Below are positions 23,615 through 36,135 of a DNA stretch of 64,000 nt, one piece after another (within the stretch, counting starts at the first letter, position 1; every line of letters begins with the position of its first letter). Source of the DNA: Convolutriloba macropyga (taxonomy: Eukaryota). Under the pieces are notes generated by a model. That model was not told the origin of the DNA, ran no database searches, and saw only the letters and a program-made list of their open reading frames with translations. Both the position numbers and the translations under genes were made by a program. The stretch spans positions 76,508,001 to 76,572,000 of the forward strand of contig NC_134470.1 of the NCBI RefSeq assembly GCF_964194025.1, in the 5' to 3' direction.

Positions 23615-25336
23615 AGGACGTTTTTGAATTCATATTGTTTATACTGAATTTTTCAAATTTTGCCAAAATTTGTTGGATAAAAGTTTTGAGTTGATTCGTC
23701 GTTGTTCGTTTTTTAATTTTTGACATGTTTCTGATTTTTTGCATTTCTTGTGATCTTTCTGCTGCTGATTTTTGATACAAGTAAGTTCCCTTTCCGAATC
23801 AAACGCTTAATTGTTAAAAATTATACTCTTGTACGTCAATAGTTATGTAATCTAGGGATAAAGAAAACGTTTGTTTTCGGATATGGCAACTCATTAGTGA
23901 TTTTAGGATCATATGTCTGAACCATTGTGCTAAATTCTCCTCTGCCTCAAATTTAAGAGATTTGATATTTTTTCTCCAGCCTGAGGAAAAGTAATTTTGT
24001 TTCCAGAACTTGTGTCTTATAAAAGGTGATTCGCTCCAGACAGAACTCGTTAAACCCTTTTTTTGGTATTATTTGTTTGTCGGTTGGTTGTGAGAGCTTA
24101 CAGGTTATTTTTATTCGTATAGAAAAAAATGCGTTCAAAAGAGATCGGAACGCAGTTTTGAGTTACGCATTCGAGTAGCTGACAAATATTCCTTGATAAC
24201 CTTTGTTATAACTTTTTTTTCTCGTATATTAAAATTCCAGTTGTATGTTTTTAGTAGGTTGTTGCTCCCAATTGTTAGATAAACCAAACATGCGATAGAA
24301 GTAATTATCTTCTTGTCGGAAAGGTTCTTGTTTGAAAAGGTTCTACGCCGATGTTACCAGTTGGCACTCTTAATGAGCTGTGACGTGCAAAAAAGTTGGT
24401 TACTGGAAAATTTGTTAGATTTGTGGAAACACCATTTTTCACACTTGTTGAAGCGGTTTTTTTGTTCACTCGTGTCAATATTTTTTTTCACTCGTGGTTT
24501 GCCTCTTTCAGGAATGGACATTTATTTTTTAAATAAGAGGATTTCAAGTTAAACAGGAATTCTCTAATTGAAAGCTCTTTGAAGGTAACTATTCAAAACA
24601 TACGTCTAAATCAATTATTGGATTATAGACATCACAACAATCGATAGAAGAGTTTTTTCGAAAAATCTTTAGGCAGTTCTTTCTGTTGTTATTTTGAGAC
24701 TTTGTTTGCTGTATTTTGGTTGTTCACTAAAGTTTAACTGTGGTGTGTATCCTTTCCTATACAATTCAAATCTCAAAAAGGGTTTTAACGAAGACAGGAA
24801 CTCAATAGCATGAATGCTTTTTGATGGCATGGTTGCTGAAAAATATATACATTGTTAATCATGCTGAGATAACATTTTCAACGATATTTCCCCACGATTG
24901 CTTTTTCTCAGTTGGCACTGGTGAGAAGTAAAAGTTGGACCGCAGTTTTAACCCCATTTCTGGGAAACTTAATTTGTCCGTGAACTTTACATATAATAAT
25001 TACATATCTTTGAATACTTTCTCTAATTATTCGGCTTTGACGTTGACTCACCTCCCCTATCGTTCCGTTTCTGATAATGCGAACAGATTATCACTGGATG
25101 GACAAATGAGCTTGTTAATTGCTCTTGAACGCACTTCATAGCAATTATTGTAAACGTGTGTGTCTTTTTTTATGCAAATTTATCGCTTGACAATTTTGCG
25201 CTTTTCTTCTAGAACATTCTTTGACTTCTCAAGTGACTTTTTCACGCTTTCGTTCTTCATTTTTGAGTGATCTCTAGTGCTCCGAAGTGAAGCTTGTTCA
25301 TAATATAAAATCGGTTGCAGCATGGGGAAATTAAGT

Positions 25337-25418
25337 GACGCGTAGCGAAGTGGTTAGTGAGGGTGGACGTGGAGCGGGAGGTCAGTGGTTCGAATCCCGG
25401 TGGGGTCGAGGTTTTTTT
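25337..25418 (+). promoter_or_regulatory. tRNA-derived internal Pol III promoter (A box, B box, T-run) inside HINE-B
   Basis: A box TAGCGAAGTGG (25343), B box GGTTCGAATCC (25387), T7 run at 25412-25418. Confidence 0.7.
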
Positions 25419-25436
25419 GCACCCGAAAAAAAATTA

Positions 25437-25540
25437 GGTCTTTCCCATTATAGCCCCCCCCCCAGTTTAGTGTTCAGTTAACCTATAGCCCCCCAAACAT
25501 GGTAATTATACCATAATGGGGGGCTATAATGGGAAAGACC
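25437..25540. mobile_element. MITE with ~23-bp TIRs (GG...CC termini), nested in HINE-B
   Basis: ggtctttcccattatagcccccc / ggggggctataatgggaaagacc. Absent from sister HINE-B copies. Imperfect flanking duplication aaaaatt. Confidence 0.8.
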
Positions 25541-25636
25541 CGAAAAATTGATCTATACTAAAGACCATGAATTAAATTGCCTCGCCTGTCGTTCAAGAGC
25601 AGTTCTTCCGACATTTGTCAGTTTATGTTAAGTGTT

Positions 25637-25972
25637 GGTGTCAGGACAATTTACCCAATGCCATTATACCCAATGCCATTATACCCAATGTACTTTGATA
25701 CTTTCGTTCAATAATCCGACAACAAATTAGCAGTCGTTATTACCCTATGTTTTAACATATTTAATGGAAATGGCCATGCCTCAGCGACCCGTGGGACTTG
25801 ATATGAAACTATCACAACCGAACAAGTGATTAAATTATTATGCTTAATGGCCATTTTTATGCAAGAACTATTTTCTGCTAATTAGTACTCGGATTATTGA
25901 ACCAAAATATCAATGTGACTTGGGTATAATGGCATTGGGTTTTTTTGGCATTGGTTAAATTGTCATGTAACC
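25637..25972. mobile_element. Mutator-like MITE (same family as 46272-46593, opposite orientation)
   Basis: Imperfect TIRs ggtgtcaggacaatttacccaatg / cattggttaaattgtcatgtaacc with subterminal acccaatgccatt repeats. 9-bp flanks ttaagtgtt / cttagtgtt. Confidence 0.75.
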
Positions 25973-26211
25973 CTTAGTGTTGTTCACAAGTATTTAATAA
26001 ATAAATAAACAACATCAAAGGAACATCATTGAGTTCAAGATGGTTTAAAGCGATGTGAGAAACTACTACCAATTGATGGTCCAAACGGCCGTGTCAGTTC
26101 TTCTCGCTACAAAATTTTTAGCTTTTGTGTCGGTTATTTGAAAAAATTGTTTAAAATGTTTTAAAGGACTGATCCGTATTTGACAATATAATTGCTACTT
26201 TACCTTCTTTA

Positions 26212-26725
26212 TTAATAGCCGCACAGCGATTGCTGGGGCTATTATTGGCCTTCACTTGGTTTTTTTATTTCGTCGTGATTTTTGTTATGACCATATGACG
26301 TCACAGCCACTTTTTGTTCATTCGTTCATGCAATTTCAACTGAATTGCATGTGTGTCGTCATTTTTCGCTCTTAGTGGAGCGAGTTATTTTGTTCATGCG
26401 AGTGATTAAATTTTTGGTCACACTTGACTTACCTCACTCTCAAAAATGACTTCCTTACTTTGAAATTGACTTCCTTACTTTGAAATTGACTTTTGTTTAC
26501 TTCAATTCAAAGAGATAAGGTCAATTGGGTGTGTGTCACTCTAAATGAAGGTTATTTGAGATCAGCTAATAGAGGCAGCAATAACTTGTACAGATTTTTA
26601 ATCAAAATATAACAGATCAGCCTTCAATGAAAAGACGAATTTTTTGGGTCTGTCTTTAGTGTTTTTTAGACTGCCGATCTACGAATCTATTGCGGCTATT
26701 TTCTGGCAATCTGCCAGCTATGTTT
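26212..26725 (+). mobile_element. HINE family A, short complete copy
   Basis: 5' ttaatagccgcacagcgattgctggggctatt. 3' gcggctattt plus hairpin ctggca-atc-tgccag plus ctatgttt. Confidence 0.8.
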
Positions 26726-28389
26726 AAATTTTGATAAATGTAGTTCTCATATGTCTGTTGTATTAAGGTTGTCCTAGTTTATGGGTTTTTGGATTCATTT
26801 TAAAGCTGGAATCTATTTTAATTCTCCTAAACAGTTTTATTATTTGTAATGCTTTGGTTGAACAATCCAAAGGATTTGGATTGTTTTGGTGTGCTGTTTT
26901 TTTGTAAGATCTCTCCACACTTTTTTCGGTGTTTTCACGCCAATGAGAACTCAATTTAGAGTGGTGATTTTTGTCACGATGGTGCAGTGCAGTAAAGGGA
27001 GCGTAAATCGAGTATGTTTGAAGCGCGGTTTTTTGTTAAACTACCTTTAAAGTGGAGTGAGGAATTGGTGTTTGAACAAATTTTTGGTTCCTTCGCTTGT
27101 AGTTTTCTCACTTTGACGCCACTGACTTTCAAAAAAAAAATTTCGCCAATTTCTTTAGCTTTTGCTACTTTTTTTTTGGTAATAAATTCGCACAAGGTAG
27201 TTGTTTTCTGTACTCATTTTAAGGATTGTCACTGTCCACGTTTTTCATTTAGTGTTGTGATTTTTGGTGATTTTTATGACACTAGTTGTTGGAAAGCAAA
27301 TCTTTTATTTGCCTTTAGATTTTTGTTCAATTTTGTTAACTCGTCTTTGTTTTATGTTGGTGTAAAGGTGATAATTGTCAGGTCGTTAGGCCATTCAATT
27401 TTTGGGAGTGTAATTTTGCTATGTTTTTTCTTGAGCAGAGTTTTTGTTTGGGGTTTTACCCAGCCTTGAATGTTATTTCACTTTCATGGCTGGGTCTATT
27501 TTTTGGTTATCTCGATGAAAACTCGTTTGAGTTTTTTTAAGGATTTTTCCACTTATGTTTCTTCATTTCGTTTTATGCCCCTGTTTTTGCAATTGTTTGG
27601 TTTATCAGAGACTTCTACGCTGAACAGTAAATTATACGCCGTGGGTAGCGTCTTCGACTTGTCTGGCAACTTTGAGGCCAACTTTCTTATCAAGTTGTTT
27701 TTTTATTGTGGGCGACGCATAAATGACTTCCCTCTCATTCATTTACTGAAGATTATATTAGTACCTCAAAATCTTGTTGGAGATCAAAAGAGTTCACCTA
27801 AATCGATGTCCTAGGTTTTTTTCTATATCTACTGGTCATCCACCCAGTGAGGCTAACCTCTGTATTAAGCTTAAGCCTGCTAGTTAGTACTTAAGTCAAC
27901 ACCTCCCCCTCGCCGGGCGTTTGAGCGCAATTCGTCCGACCCTACTTAATTATGTTTCTATCTATTTTCCTTGCAGCCTTTAATTTTGTAATATTTTTCA
28001 ATATTTTTGAGTTCTACTTGGCATGGAAAATGTAACGAGTAATAGTCGTTCAAGTTTAGCATGCTGAGCTTTATTTTGAATGTTATCAATCGTGCATCAA
28101 AGCAAAATCATTAAATTCAATGTGTTTTGAACTTGTTTGTAATTAGTCCCATAAAATTACAAGCGAACGATTTAAAGCTCAATGTTCAAATTTAAAACCT
28201 GCAGATATGAGCATTTGGATGTTTATTTGCTGCATCAAGTTTTGTAACGCTCGCTTGCGTTGTAACGTTTTGGGACTAACTGAATAATAATAAATACGCG
28301 GAAAGGTGAAGCTATATAAAAGTTATATATCGTAGTTAGCTTTTTTTCGGTCGTGGTTATCAACTTATTCTTTGTTTTTTGTATTGTTT

Positions 28390-28734
28390 TCATCGAACAT
28401 ACATGGTTATGGCGCTCAGGTTGTTGTTGAAACAAAGTTCGCCTTTTTCATTCATCTTACTACACTCGTCAGAAGCGATGAATTCAAGAACCTCGCCTTT
28501 GAGCGGCTCGGGAGCCTTTTCTACAAAATGGGCAGCTTCAACTATGAAATCGACAGCCAGTTGACCGTTAAGAGAAGACTTCAAATCTGATCCTATGACG
28601 AATGTGGAGGTTATCTCGTTCTGGTCTACTTGTACGTGGCTGCCGAGTTTGTCAGCTAGTTCTCGGATGTCGTCGGCTGTCGTATAGTTGCAGTTGTCGT
28701 CTTGAGGGAGACGAGGTCCGAATTTCTTCCATAC
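28390..28734 (-). CDS. HNMT: Histamine N-methyltransferase, exon 5 (terminal)
   Basis: VWKKFGPRLPQDDNCNYTTADD...LCFNNNLSAITM matches the recalled vertebrate HNMT [22 protein letters not shown]...LFNNTLSFIVI. Acceptor ttgcag, phase 0. Confidence 0.9.
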   Translation of the reverse strand, partial: VWKKFGPRLPQDDNCNYTTADDIRELADKLGSHVQVDQNEITSTFVIGSDLKSSLNGQLAVDFIVEAAHFVEKAPEPLKGEVLEFIASDECSKMNEKGELCFNNNLSAITMYVR

Positions 28735-29042
28735 CTGCAAGCATTTGTACCATTCGGACCTATGGTCCCGAGTATTTATTTTTTGATTTTATGTGAAGAA
28801 AACCTTGGATTTTCCTTGTTTTTGGGATCTTGAACTTTTTTTGCAAAAATTAATTTCCCTAAAACTGCTATTGAAGTTCATGAGTTTTACGAGCTTCCAT
28901 ATGTACTGAATTCGTTGGTCCGTATAAAAAAAATCAATTTCACATTTTTTCAAGTTTCTTTCTTGAAGTTCCGAGTACAAAGCTATAGTTCGAATTGAAC
29001 TTTCTCTTAACAACTCGTTTGAAATAATGGAAATGTAGCCAC

Positions 29043-29258
29043 CTTAGCGTATCCACTGTGTCCAGATACATGTATGAGAAATAGCCTCCCTGTTCCTTCT
29101 AGAGACCTGATGGAATTCTCCAGCACTGAGAAGGGACTCTTGACATAGTACAACATCTGCACCAGATACACTATGTCATACTTGGGCAACTCCCCTCCCT
29201 CCCCCTCGTACCCTGCTATGTAATCCTCAAATGAAGTCGTCTTGAACGTCAGAGAAAC
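29043..29258 (-). CDS. HNMT: Histamine N-methyltransferase, exon 4
   Basis: KYDIVYLVQMLYYVKS...IHVSGHSGYAK matches the recalled KWDFIHMIQMLYYVKD...VVSGSSGWDK. ttttag acceptor and AAG|gtggct donor, 216 nt. Confidence 0.9.
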
Positions 29259-29439
29259 CTAAAACAAGATCTAAGATTTCAATGTAAGACAGAACTTGAT
29301 TTAAAACTACGATAGAATTGATGAGATATTGTCCCTGAAAGGACCTATAGATATTCAGTCAGTGATCTTTAATGCTCTTAAGAGTTTCTTAGATCTATTA
29401 TATTAAAGTGATGTAGGTTTGTAGATATTAATTGCTAGC

Positions 29440-29516
29440 CTGTGCCTTGCCGCTCTCTGGTGCCGTGAGACCCTGTAGCAACGTCTGACAACGTTCTGTC
29501 TGCTCTCCACTCGGAT
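29440..29516 (-). CDS. HNMT: Histamine N-methyltransferase, exon 3 (GC donor; 3' end at 29440 or 29446)
   Basis: (D)PSGEQTERCQTLL corresponds to HNMT EPSAEQIAKYKEL. Acceptor ttatag, phase 1. No phase-0 GT occurs before the in-frame TAA, so the donor is CAG|gctagc or AAG|gcacag. Confidence 0.8.
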
Positions 29517-29632
29517 CTATAATTAAGAATTGATCTCATTAACAACTATGATGGTTCTTATCAATCTATCAGATTATAATTTCTATGCGCATTTTTCGAC
29601 ATGTTGGTGTCTCTTACCCTTGATGCTCATGA

Positions 29633-29988
29633 TTAATTGCTCTTGAACGAAGTTCATATCAATTATTGAAAACGTGTTGGTCTTTTTTTTACGCAAATTT
29701 TTCGCTAGACCATTTTTGCGCTTTTCTTCTGGAACATTCTTTGACTTCTCAAGTGACTCTTTCACGCTTTCGTTCTTCATTTTTAAGTGATCTTTATTGC
29801 TTTCACTGCGAAGTAAAACTAATGTAAAATCGATTGCAGCATGCCTTAAACTAGGGATTAATAGCCGAGTGGGTACTGCATCTGGATATGGAGCGTGAGG
29901 TCAGTGGTTCGAACCCAGACGGGGGGAAATGTTTTCAACCCGCCTGTCGTTCGAGAGCAATTCTTCCGACATTCGTCGGTTTATATTT
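29633..29988 (+). mobile_element. HINE family B with Pol III cassette, inside HNMT intron 2
   Basis: ttaattgctcttgaacga ... tcgttcgagagcaatt plus ccgac-attc-gtcgg. A box TAGCCGAGTGG (29862), B box GGTTCGAACCC (29906). Confidence 0.82.
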
Positions 29989-30097
29989 CCTTTTCAATAC
30001 GACGGATCTGTTTTCATCAAAGTTGTCAACCCTTTTGAGCGTAGTTAAAATTAAAGTTTTTTAAATCTGTTGCTGTTAAGATGAGGGTTTAGTTTAC

Positions 30098-30246
30098 CAA
30101 TGAGAGTGACGTGAATTTTCTCGAAGTGGGAAGCAGCCTTGAGTTTCTCGATGATGACCAAATCAACCTGGCCATCTCCACAGCCCACACTCATCAACTT
30201 CAGCTCCTTCTTGCCCCCAAAGTGTTCTATCATCTCATCCGTGTAC
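30098..30246 (-). CDS. HNMT: Histamine N-methyltransferase, exon 2 (SAM-binding motif I)
   Basis: ELKLMSVGCGDGQVDLVII matches the recalled EIKILSIGGGAGEIDLQIL. gacag acceptor and G|gtaaac donor; phases 2 and 1 are consistent. Confidence 0.9.
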
Positions 30247-30718
30247 CTGTCAGCAATAATCATAATTGAATACTTCTTGAGTGTAAGTTAGAACATATTT
30301 TAGGATACAATCAGGCAAGCATGAGAAAATAACTCAAGAAATGACCATCAGATTTTTAAATGGTCAGTCCAGTTTTAACCTTGCAAAATTGTTAGAAACG
30401 GCTTGATCTTTTTAGCTGATCATCAGCTAAGTGGACTTTGTACATTAAGCGGAGTTGGTCGGCTTTAGCACATTGCTTCACAGGCCGAGACCTGATGTTG
30501 AGATCCGAAATTCAAAGTTCAAAAACTCCTCCAAGACCGATCCGATCAAATATTGCGGTGTTGGTTCGTTCATTTATGGATGCCCGTTAAGTTTATGAGC
30601 AAATTTCTTTTTGTCCCGTTTGGAATATGCAAAGAATTGATTTGTTTGTTTCATTTTGAGTGTAAGATTGAATTTTTTGATGAAAACGAGGGGTGGAAAT
30701 GAAGCTGACAGTTCTTAC

Positions 30719-30873
30719 TTCGTGATCCAGTTTATAATGGCGTCATGTTCGTCCGAGTCCTTGAGGAAAGCCCCGAATGACTGCAAGTAGCGGTCGGTGT
30801 CCGAGTATAGAGACCGCACGACACTTGTACTCTCGGCACTTTTGGCATTGCACGTATCATCACTCACACTCAT
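30719..30873 (-). CDS. HNMT: Histamine N-methyltransferase, exon 1
   Basis: MSVSDD...VRSLYSDTDRYLQSFGAFLKDSDEH matches the recalled [25 protein letters not shown]. Donor AA|gtaaga. The full spliced CDS is 311-313 aa. Confidence 0.88.
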
Positions 30874-31814
30874 GTTGACGTGGTTTTTTTAGGACCTGCT
30901 TTCTAAAATTATAATTAAATATTTTGAGGTCCTCAGCCGTTTCAGCCTCAATAGTTTCACGCACGATTATTTAACTCGTCCCTCTATCACTTGATCCCGA
31001 TTTCAATTCTCAATAGTTGCTATCAACATTCAGGATGAGTTAAAGTTCCAAGATTTTGAATTAATGGCCAAAATTGGGGACATGCATGGTTTTGGGATAA
31101 AGTTTGGTGTGGAAAGTTTGCGGGGTTAAACTGTAGGATGTAGGAGTGACAACAAGTAAAACCCAAATTTACAGCCTTATATTGATCAACAAACCTAATT
31201 TAATGAACGTACCGTTACTCGTGACTTCTGAAAGGCTACACGATATTAGAGCCTGCTAAGTAATCTTTAGTGAATGCTGCCGGGAATTCGTACTCAGGAC
31301 AAACGTTATCTTGTTCGACATTTGCCAGGGCAAAAAATGCTATTAAAATTTGTTAAATTCCTATTTTTCTCCATTTTTAGAGGAATGAAAAGACGGTCTT
31401 CGTTCGGAAAAGCTTTGATTATAGCTTGTTTTTCCACTGTTTATGCAATTAAAGTTGTTGCAATTCAATTTTTTTTAAAAATGTGTCATAAATTTGACGT
31501 TAAACGCGTTTAACTGATTAAACAATTTTGACGTTAACGCGTTTTTCTATAAAATGAATTGGAAGTATACTGGGATGCTGTATTTTTGAAGACCGGCCCA
31601 GCTAGACTTAAGTGATTGAGTGAAAGGAAACAAGATTAATCAAAAAGACGTGAAGTTAAAGGCCAGTTCTGTGGGCTTGGTTAGTCAAAAGTGTACTCAA
31701 CCCAATATTGACTGGCAAGTAAAAACTCAGTGTATAAAGCGTGGTTTTCAAAGTTTTCCTGCCTTTTGCCGCATCTACCTTTTTGAAGTTATCTGCTGTT
31801 GTTGCCAATTTTAG

Positions 31815-31863
31815 ATTAATCAGTAAAGTGGATTAATCAGTACAGTGGATTAATCAGTACAGT
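31815..31863. repeat. 17-bp tandem repeat, three copies (gattaatcagtaMagtg)
   Basis: Directly visible. Confidence 0.85.
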
Positions 31864-32207
31864 TTGTTCAACTTATACAGTTATAAACGTGATCGTGTTA
31901 AATATTCCACACTTTCGAAAATAAAGCTGCTTGCTATTTCCTTTTTTCGATTTTTGCCTCTATCGTGTTTTTAATTTAAATTGATCAGTTGGACTCTGTT
32001 TAATCAGTGTAAATTTTAGTTTAATCATATTAAATTTGGAAGTAAAATTCACGATTCAGACAAGAAGTATTTTTTCGTCATTTTAATAAGTCTCTCTTTT
32101 AAAAAAAATGAAAGAAATTGATTAAACCATAATTTTGCTATTGTCTTATTTGCGTTTCGAATATTTGGAGTATTATTAGTAAAGAGTTTCGTTTAATTTT
32201 TGATTGC

Positions 32208-34960
32208 AACAAGGAGGCTCGTTAATGTGCGTACGCACATAAGATTCCGACCCCGCTCATCCACATTCTTGACTTAATTGGCTATCAAATGATAAAGAGA
32301 TAGAAATATTTTTTAAAAACATACATATCGTTCCATAAACAACCAATGGAATACAATAATGCCACCCTAGAGGGCCGATGAACGTTATTGATAATAGGAC
32401 TGCTAGAAAGGACAATAATAAATATCAAACAACAAACATTATTTACGACCAAAAACTCTGCCCTAAATACGACTGGTTAATAGGTCGACAAAAAAGAGCA
32501 AAGAGGTGCGAAGTTCAAAAATACGTTTCCATTTTTGACAAAAATTAATTTCACTGAAATCCCAAAATTGTTTATTCATTCATTTATATCTTTGAGAAAT
32601 ATAATTATCCAACGTTCAACTGCGTAAAATTTCAAAGCCAATGAGACCTACGATTATTGTTATAGATTAAAAAGAAAACAAAAATAGTATAAATGTACAA
32701 ATATAAAATATCTCAAATGGTTTATCAAATCGCGTAGCAACAGCAGTAACAAAGCCGAGAAACAAATGTTTGGAGCAAAACCGTTATAGAGATTAAATTA
32801 TATTCCACTGCAAACGGGTTGTGACCTGTGTTTACAGAGGCTGAGCTAAAAATCTACGGAAAAATTATTTATAAATATGACGAAGCTCAATAACCCAATT
32901 ATGTTTTTGAGAACAAAAATTTTCAAAAGTCATAGGACACTTGAGATTTCAACAAACAACGATGGATTAGGTTGCAATACCTCAGGAAGCCAATTGGGCC
33001 TGTTAATAATGAGACTAAGTCACGCCCCCACAAAATAACAACCAATATATAAAGAAGCCAAAACTTCAAACAATTTTACAAGATCACACTCTTCAAGGCA
33101 CTATAATTTTAAGATGTTGCCTGCAAGGACTGTAAATAGTCACTTTGTCCTCATTTTAACATCAAAGAGTCTTCCTCATAAAAGGATTACGTACGCATGA
33201 CAACAAAAAGAAACCCAGAAATTGAACAGTAAAGAAATCTCGACAATTTGATGAAATTAATGGTTGATGCAATCAGTCACAACGTATAACCAAGATCAGA
33301 AAATTGTTTGAATCAACAAAAGTAATTGAGACATCTAATTAGTGAGATTGAGTTACTTGGTTACGAAAATGAAAGCAAAAAGGATACAGTTGGTTTTTTT
33401 GCAATTTTTAAGTCATTAAAACAAACAGCTGTGAACTGAAATCTTTTTTAAGGATAAGTTTTAAGGGATGCAATTGAGACCTCTCAATTAGGTTTATGGC
33501 ATTTAACAACAAAAAGAAAGAAAAACATAGTCACAAACAAAAAAATGCCATCGAATTTTGCGAGATAACTCTGTCTCAGCCCAAAAAGCACAAACTATGT
33601 GACAAAAACAATGAATTATTCAGATACGACTTTTCCTGCGCTGTGAACTTTCCCTACTATGCTTTCCTTCAATTGGACTTGGCAATAATGCGATAATTTG
33701 ACAAGGAAACAGAATGAACTCAAAAATAATAAAAATGAGAAGGCTTAGTATCAAAACAAAGAGGCCATTAGTTGAACATGAAACCTTTACGGACATTAAT
33801 TTATCACGCACAGTATTTTGTTGCCTGTTTTTACTGAGACTGCGACCGAAGTTGAAAGAAATAAGATAAAATAGTGGCAAAGTTCAAAAACTAACTGATT
33901 TTTTAAACTAAATATATTCAAAGTCTTAACAGACATTAGATGACAACTGAAAGTGTCAAGGTTCATTTATACCTCCTACAAATTAACTGGATCTTTGACT
34001 GGGGACAATAAGTCATTTGGCTGCGAAATATATAAATGAAAGCACAATTCAAGAAGTATAATAAAAATTTTTTACGAAGACAATTGGTCAGAGCCATAGA
34101 ACCCATGCGCTTAACTCTGATAGCGTAATATAATCTCGTTGGGCCTCGTTTCTGTAAACAGTATCTGATTTTAATTGAGCACTGATTTGGAAATTCTTGT
34201 AAATAAAGTTTACTTAAATACTTTTACATAGCGGAAATATTTTGAAAAAAGTCGCGCCCCATTAAAATCCCCCCCACAAAAACTTATTGTGAGGATCCAT
34301 GGCGAGATCAAAATCAGCTCAAGTGTTTCTGCGGGTCTAACAAAATAATTCTTCGTTTAATTCGTTGCAAAATTGATCAATTTTTCAACAAAATTTTTCA
34401 GTTTGTCAAAAATAAAATTGCATTTTGTATATTTATCGAGTTTAAATTTGCAAAAAAAGCCAAATTATAACTCCAGAAGACTCTAGAAGACATTGGTTGT
34501 ACAACTAGCTCGTTTGTCAGCTTAAAAAGAATATGTCCACACTTTTAAGGCATTCACTTCTAGCAATTTAAAGCAAGTCGGCTAAAAAAGCAATTTTGGA
34601 CCCAAATTTGGTCCCAAAAAAGCCGAATTGTGAAAAATTTAGCATCAATTCTAGCTAAAAAAAAAACTCGGATCGAACAGTTCAGCAAAATTGACGAAAA
34701 TTAGGTCAAAAATACCGAAAATGTGAACAAAAAACGGCTGAAATACGTCTAATATTCACAAAATTTTAAACCTCGATAACTTCCTATAGAAAGCGAAAAT
34801 TGGAAAAAATCTTTTTAATTCCATATTTTGCGCTGGACGGGCTTTTTAATGATACCACTCACAACTCTATACGATGATTATATCGATGGGCCAATATTTT
34901 CTGAACAAAAAAACCCATTTGAGTAAATAATTCCTCCCCCACTAAAGTGGGTCGGAACAA
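32208..34960 (-). mobile_element. HINE family C, ~2.75 kb
   Basis: On the minus strand: 5' TTGTTCCGACCC with a cccact/agtggg hairpin; 3' GGGTCGGAAT, perfect palindrome ATGTGCGTACGCACAT (32225-32240), ending CTTGTT. Colinear with 36136-38981. Confidence 0.8.
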
Positions 34961-35189
34961 CAAGTGTCATTCTGGAAGTCACTAATTGATCGATTGATGA
35001 AAATTTATTTGGAAAATGTCTTATTTTGCTATTATTGTTTCCTTTTTTATTCAGGTTCGTTTATCTGCAGTTTTGATTATAATATTTTATAAACCTTATT
35101 CGGTTTCAAATTTACTATAAATTGTCATAATATTGAAGTATGACAAAAGCCTTTCTTTTTCTAACATTTTTTTAATCCAGAAATTAATC

Positions 35190-35232
35190 GTTCCGACCCC
35201 TCTTGAGGGGGGGAGGAACTATATACTCATTT
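35190..35232 (+). mobile_element. Isolated 5' terminus of HINE family C
   Basis: gttccgacccctcttgaggggggggaggaactatatactca is nearly identical to 49337-49373. Confidence 0.65.
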
Positions 35233-36135
35233 GTTTTATAAAATTGTTGAACAGAGAGGTGTGTTTCCTGAAAAGCATCCGTAAATTTTACTTTTAACAA
35301 TCAACTGGCCTAAATTTGAAGTAGAAATAACTTTATACAGTACTCTTTCTTCTCTGCCGTAGTTATGAGCCTAGTTGTTTCAGTTTTCTATTTTTTCATT
35401 GCTAATGTTATTATCAGTGAGTTGTGAAATCAAGTCGTTGAATTTTAAATTAAGCTGCAACTTAAGCTTTTTAATGTTTTTTCATTCTCCCTTCACATCG
35501 CCGTTTTCTCTTGTTTATCTTTCACAAGAACTTCAACTGTAAATGCTCTTGAGTGACTTTGCTTCAGTAACAATCATTGAATGAAGTTAAACTTCATGAT
35601 TCAAATGTTTAAAGTTATTAAAGTGTACGCAGGCTAGGCTCTACAGTTAAGAAGGGCCTGACAGTTGTCGTTTTTTTGTTTCTGTCGTAAAATAGGCAAG
35701 CAGATTTTGTCGTTGCTCCTTTTTTGACAATCGGCGTTAGGTGTTCCATGGGTTTATTAGGTACACTAGGCAATGTTAACAGCAAGAAGGGTGTTTTAAG
35801 AGGTAAACCGGATCATATCAACTTGACATTTTCATTCAAAATTTAAAATTTCTTTTAAGTAATTTTTGCAAAGACTGAAAGACGGAAAAGCAAGAACTAA
35901 GAGACTAGGATTTGCTGTTAATATTAATGCAATCTTGTCACCCTGTTCCTCGATAAAAATTCAAATTATTTGTTTGTAAAAAATTGTCTTTCTATATTGG
36001 TTTTGATCGTATAAGTGTTTACACAAAAGGCATTCAATCAAACTTTAACAATTTAAAATTATAATGCCTTAGTTGAAATTTCCAGTTGATATATTTTACA
36101 AAAAAAGGAGATTTACGATAATGAGATTATAAAGT

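Larger units (their letters stand above)
25115..25629 (+). mobile_element. HINE family B carrying a tRNA-like Pol III cassette and a nested MITE
   Basis: 5' ttaattgctcttgaacg. 3' gtcgttcaagagcagtt plus ccgacatttgtcag. Body closely similar to the copies at 29633, 52546 and 57466. Confidence 0.8.

Noticed and set aside
25337-25407. Functional tRNA genes at 25337, 29856 and 57674
   Set aside because: The A and B boxes are present, but the acceptor, anticodon and T stems do not pair properly and all copies lie inside a repeat. Reported as tRNA-derived cassettes instead.
27014-27814. Adjacent 151-aa and 114-aa Phe/Leu-rich ORFs
   Set aside because: T-rich repeat-derived sequence sharing modules with family-A elements. 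No domain and no splice support. The same applies to most short ORFs in the track.
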